Assembly (NCBI RefSeq): GCF_020745735.1
Contig: NC_083419.1
Coordinates: 27,116,085 to 27,180,084, forward strand
Length of the DNA stretch: 64,000 nt
Direction of reading: 5' to 3'
Origin: Hemiscyllium ocellatum
Lineage: Eukaryota
Made by a program: the position numbers and the translations under genes. Within the stretch, counting starts at the first letter, position 1; each line of letters opens with the position of its first letter. Shown piece after piece: positions 60,871 to 64,000 of the stretch. Under the pieces are notes generated by a model. It had not been told where the DNA came from. It made no database searches and worked only from the letters and a program-made list of their open reading frames with translations.

Positions 60871-62650
60871 AAGGAAGGGAGAAAAGCCACCGATACAGCC
60901 AGGTAGATGGGTTACCTCCAGGAAAAGTAGGAAGGATAGGCAGGTTGAGCAGGAGTATTCTGTGGCTATCGCATTTCAAACAAGTACGCTGTTTTGGAAA
61001 ATGAAAGGGGTAATGGACTCTCAGGGGAATGTAGCATGAACAGCCAAGTTTCAGGTATCGAGACTGGCTCTAATGTAAAGGGGTGTGACAGGGGACTCTC
61101 TAGTCAGAGACACAGACAGATGTTTCTGCAGCCAGCAGTGAAATATCAAAATGATGTATTGCCTACCTGGTGACAGGATCAAGGATACCTCAGATTGGGT
61201 GCAGAATATTCTCAAAAGGGGAGAGGGGCCAGCAGTAGGTCATTGTACTGTAGCTCAACAAGTAATCCAGGTATTACTGACCTTGAGGACCTCCTTTTTA
61301 AATTTCTGCCTAACTTTTTATATTCTCTGTTCAGAATCTCATCCTTTTCCCTTCCTGTGTCATTGGTTCCAATGTGTACATAGAACATAGAACATAGAAC
61401 ATAGAAGGATACAGCGCAGTACAGGCCCTTCGGCCCTCGATGTTGCGCCGACCGAATCCTACCTAACCTATACTAGCCCAATAACTTCCAAATGCCTATC
61501 CAATGCCCGCTTAAATGACCATAAAGAAGGAGAGTTCACCACTGATACGGGCAGGGCATTCCATGAACTCACAACCCGCTGTGTGAAGAATCTACCCCTA
61601 ACATCTGTCCTATACCTACCACCCCTTAATTTAAAGCTATGACCGCTAATGGAGTCAGGTGTTACTAGGGGACATAGCTTTAAATTAAGGGGTGGTAGGT
61701 ATAGGACAGATGTTAGGGGTAGATTCTTCACACAGCGGGTTGTGAGTTCATGGAATGCCCTGCCCGTATCAGTGGTGAACTCTCCTTCTTTATGGTCATT
61801 TAAGCGGGCATTGGATAGGCATTTGGAAGTTATTGGGCTAGTATAGGTTAGGTAGGATTCGGTCGGCGCAACATCGAGGGCCGAAGGGCCTGTACTGCGC
61901 TGTATCCTTCTATGTTCTATGTTCTATGTTCTATGTACACATTGGAACCAATGACACAGGAAGGGAAAAGGATGAGATTCTGAACAGAGAATATAAAAAG
62001 TTAGGCAGAAATTTAAAAAGGAGGTCCTCAAGGTCAGTAATACCTGGATTACTTGTTGAGCTACAGGATAGTGAGGATAGGATAGATCAGATGAATGTGT
62101 GGCTGAGGAGTTGATGCAGGGGAGAAGAGTTCACAATTTTGGATCATTGGAATGTCTTCTGTGATAGAAGTGACCTGTAAAAGAAGGACAGATTGCACCT
62201 GAATTGGAAGGGGACTAAAATACTGGCAGGGAGATTTGCTAGAGTTGCTTGGGAGAATTTAAACTAGTAAGATGGGAGAGTGGGACCCAGGGAAAGAGTG
62301 AGGAAAGAGATTAATTTGAGACTGGTACAGTTGGGAAAAGGAGCAAGTTGAACAGTCAGGGCAGGAAGGAACAAAGCAGAGAACACAATAGGAATGATAA
62401 ATTAAACTGCATTTACTTCAATGCAAGAGGCCTAACAGGGAAGGCAGATGAACTCAAGGCATGGTTAGGAACATGTGACTGGGATATCACAGCAATTCCA
62501 TAAATGTGGCTCAGGGATAGATAGGACTGGTAGCTTAATGTTCCAGGATACAAATACTACAGGAAGAATAGAAAGGGAGGCAAGAGAGAAAGGGGAGTGA
62601 TGTTTTTGATAAGGAATAGTATTACTGCTGTATTTAGGGAGGATTCTTAC
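60871..62650 (+). mobile_element. Older CR1 5' region (ORF1 esterase into ORF2 APE endonuclease), interrupted by a fold-back insertion
   Basis: WVTSRK, SNKYAVLEN, CLPG.RIKD, HIGTND, DRLHLN, then LNCIYFNARGL, WDITAI. Confidence 0.88.
61248..62066. repeat. Perfect 394-bp-arm palindrome (61248-61641 / 61673-62066) made of a young CR1 3' end plus about 130 bp of flank
   Basis: Arms checked as reverse complements; the ORFs at 61468-61731(-) and 61649-61846(+) end in identical peptides. Confidence 0.95.
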
Positions 62651-62764
62651 CATATGTTACCAAATCCAACTAATTGAATATCTAAATGGCTCATGTAGCA
62701 TTCTTCTTGTCCAATTCTGACCCCAACTTAGCATTCACTGTTCCTGGAACGACTTACTCAAAGT

Positions 62765-63385
62765 CTTATGGATGTACAGCACCAAAACAGACCCTTTGAT
62801 GCAACTCGTCCATGCTGACCAGATATCCTAACCTAATCTTGTCCTATTGCCAGCATTTGGCCCATATCTTTCTTATCTTATTCAGATGCCTTTTAAATGT
62901 TGTAATTGTACCAGCCTTCACCACTTCCTCTGGCAGCTCATTTCATGTACGCACTACCCTCTGTGTGAAAACGTTGCCTCTTAGGAGCCTTTTAAATTTT
63001 TCCCTTCTCATCCTAAACCTATGCCCGCCCCAGACCTTGTCTATTTATCCTATCCATGCTCCTCATGATGTTAAAAACCACTATAAGGTCACCCTTCGTC
63101 CTCCGACGCTCCAGGGAAAACAGCCTCAGCCTATTAAGCCTCTCCCTAGAGAGCTCGAATTCTCTAACCCTGGCAATATCTATGCAAATCTTTTCTGAAC
63201 CCTTTCAAGTTTCACAACATCCTTCTGGAGACCAGAATTGCAGGCAAAATTCCAAAACTGGCCTAATCAATGTCCTGTACAGCTGCAACATGACCTCCCA
63301 ATTCGTATACTCAATGCTCTGACCAATAAAGGAAACCTTACCAAGTGCGTTCTTCATTATCCTATCTACCTACGACTCTACTTTC
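62765..63385 (-). mobile_element. CR1 3' fragment
   Basis: Similar to 19958-20512; CR1 RT C-terminus and 3'UTR. Confidence 0.82.
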
Positions 63386-64000
63386 GATGGACCGAATGGC
63401 CTTACTTTCACTCCTATGTTTAATGGTCTTACTTTCATCGAGCTATGAACCTGCACTCCAATTCATCTTGCCATTCATGTGCTCAAATTCTGGTATTCTT
63501 TGCAACCATGTCATCTTTGAAAGGCTGCAGTCCAATCAAACAAGCACTGGTAATATGGCATTGCCACTTACTGGCAATGTCATGATAGGGTAACGGTGAA
63601 GTCATGCTGCCCAGAGCACATACCTGTTATGGCTCACACTCCCTTGCACAAACCAGCTATTCTCTCACACTAGTGGCTGGTTAACTGACAGAACTACATA
63701 GTTTGCATTTTTATCTGTCTATATGTACATCCCATCTGAACACCATCTAAGTCAGCACTATCCTGTCCCAATACCCATTGCATATCTGCAATTTGTCATT
63801 GTCCAGTGGGAATCATCACATACATGCAAGCAATCAGTCAAATCCAAACATGAGCTTTTATTTACAGACAGCAAGGACAAATACAAACAAACCTATAGAG
63901 ACTGCAGTTCAACAATGCATACTGGATTCTGGCATCAAGACCAATGAATATTTTACAGTCCATGTTAGTCTACTGCAACCAGCTATTACCTATTGGACAT

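Noticed and set aside
61381-61410. Short direct repeats as a possible CRISPR-like array
   Set aside because: CR1 (TAGAACA)n tail in eukaryotic DNA; no spacers

Overview
Repeat-rich vertebrate genomic DNA. The repeat complement (HE1/V-SINE-type SINEs, CR1 LINEs with (TATGTTC)n tails, Neptune-type Penelope elements, DeuSINE-like relics) points to a shark or other elasmobranch. One host gene could be reconstructed by hand, and it is absent from the ORF track. It is a minus-strand, four-coding-exon, 109-aa single-pass membrane protein of the SMIM29/C3orf18 family (exons 45183-45296, 45060-45085, 32550-32655 and probably 27732-27815). The rest is mostly transposon-derived: a young 3.5-kb CR1 (11006-14532), a young Penelope-like element with an open RT+GIY-YIG frame (24278-26435), many short Penelope-derived inverted-repeat elements carrying hammerhead-ribozyme motifs and 9-15-bp target duplications, a solo LTR, two decayed Harbinger transposons, and Rex1, L2 and SINE fragments. 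Four observations stand out. (1) Two insertions of the young CR1 family each come with a perfect inverted duplication of flanking DNA, suggesting fold-back or template-switch integration (a 394-bp-arm palindrome at 61248-62066 and a 109-bp one at 58150-58413). (2) A U_UUA_AAC-stop slippery site is conserved at the ORF1/ORF2 junction of two different CR1 families, suggesting -1 ribosomal frameshifting. (3) Palindromic hammerhead-bearing Penelope mini-elements recur, one just downstream of the host gene's stop codon. (4) The host gene may be an additional SMIM29/C3orf18 paralog. All calls were made by eye, without database searches.
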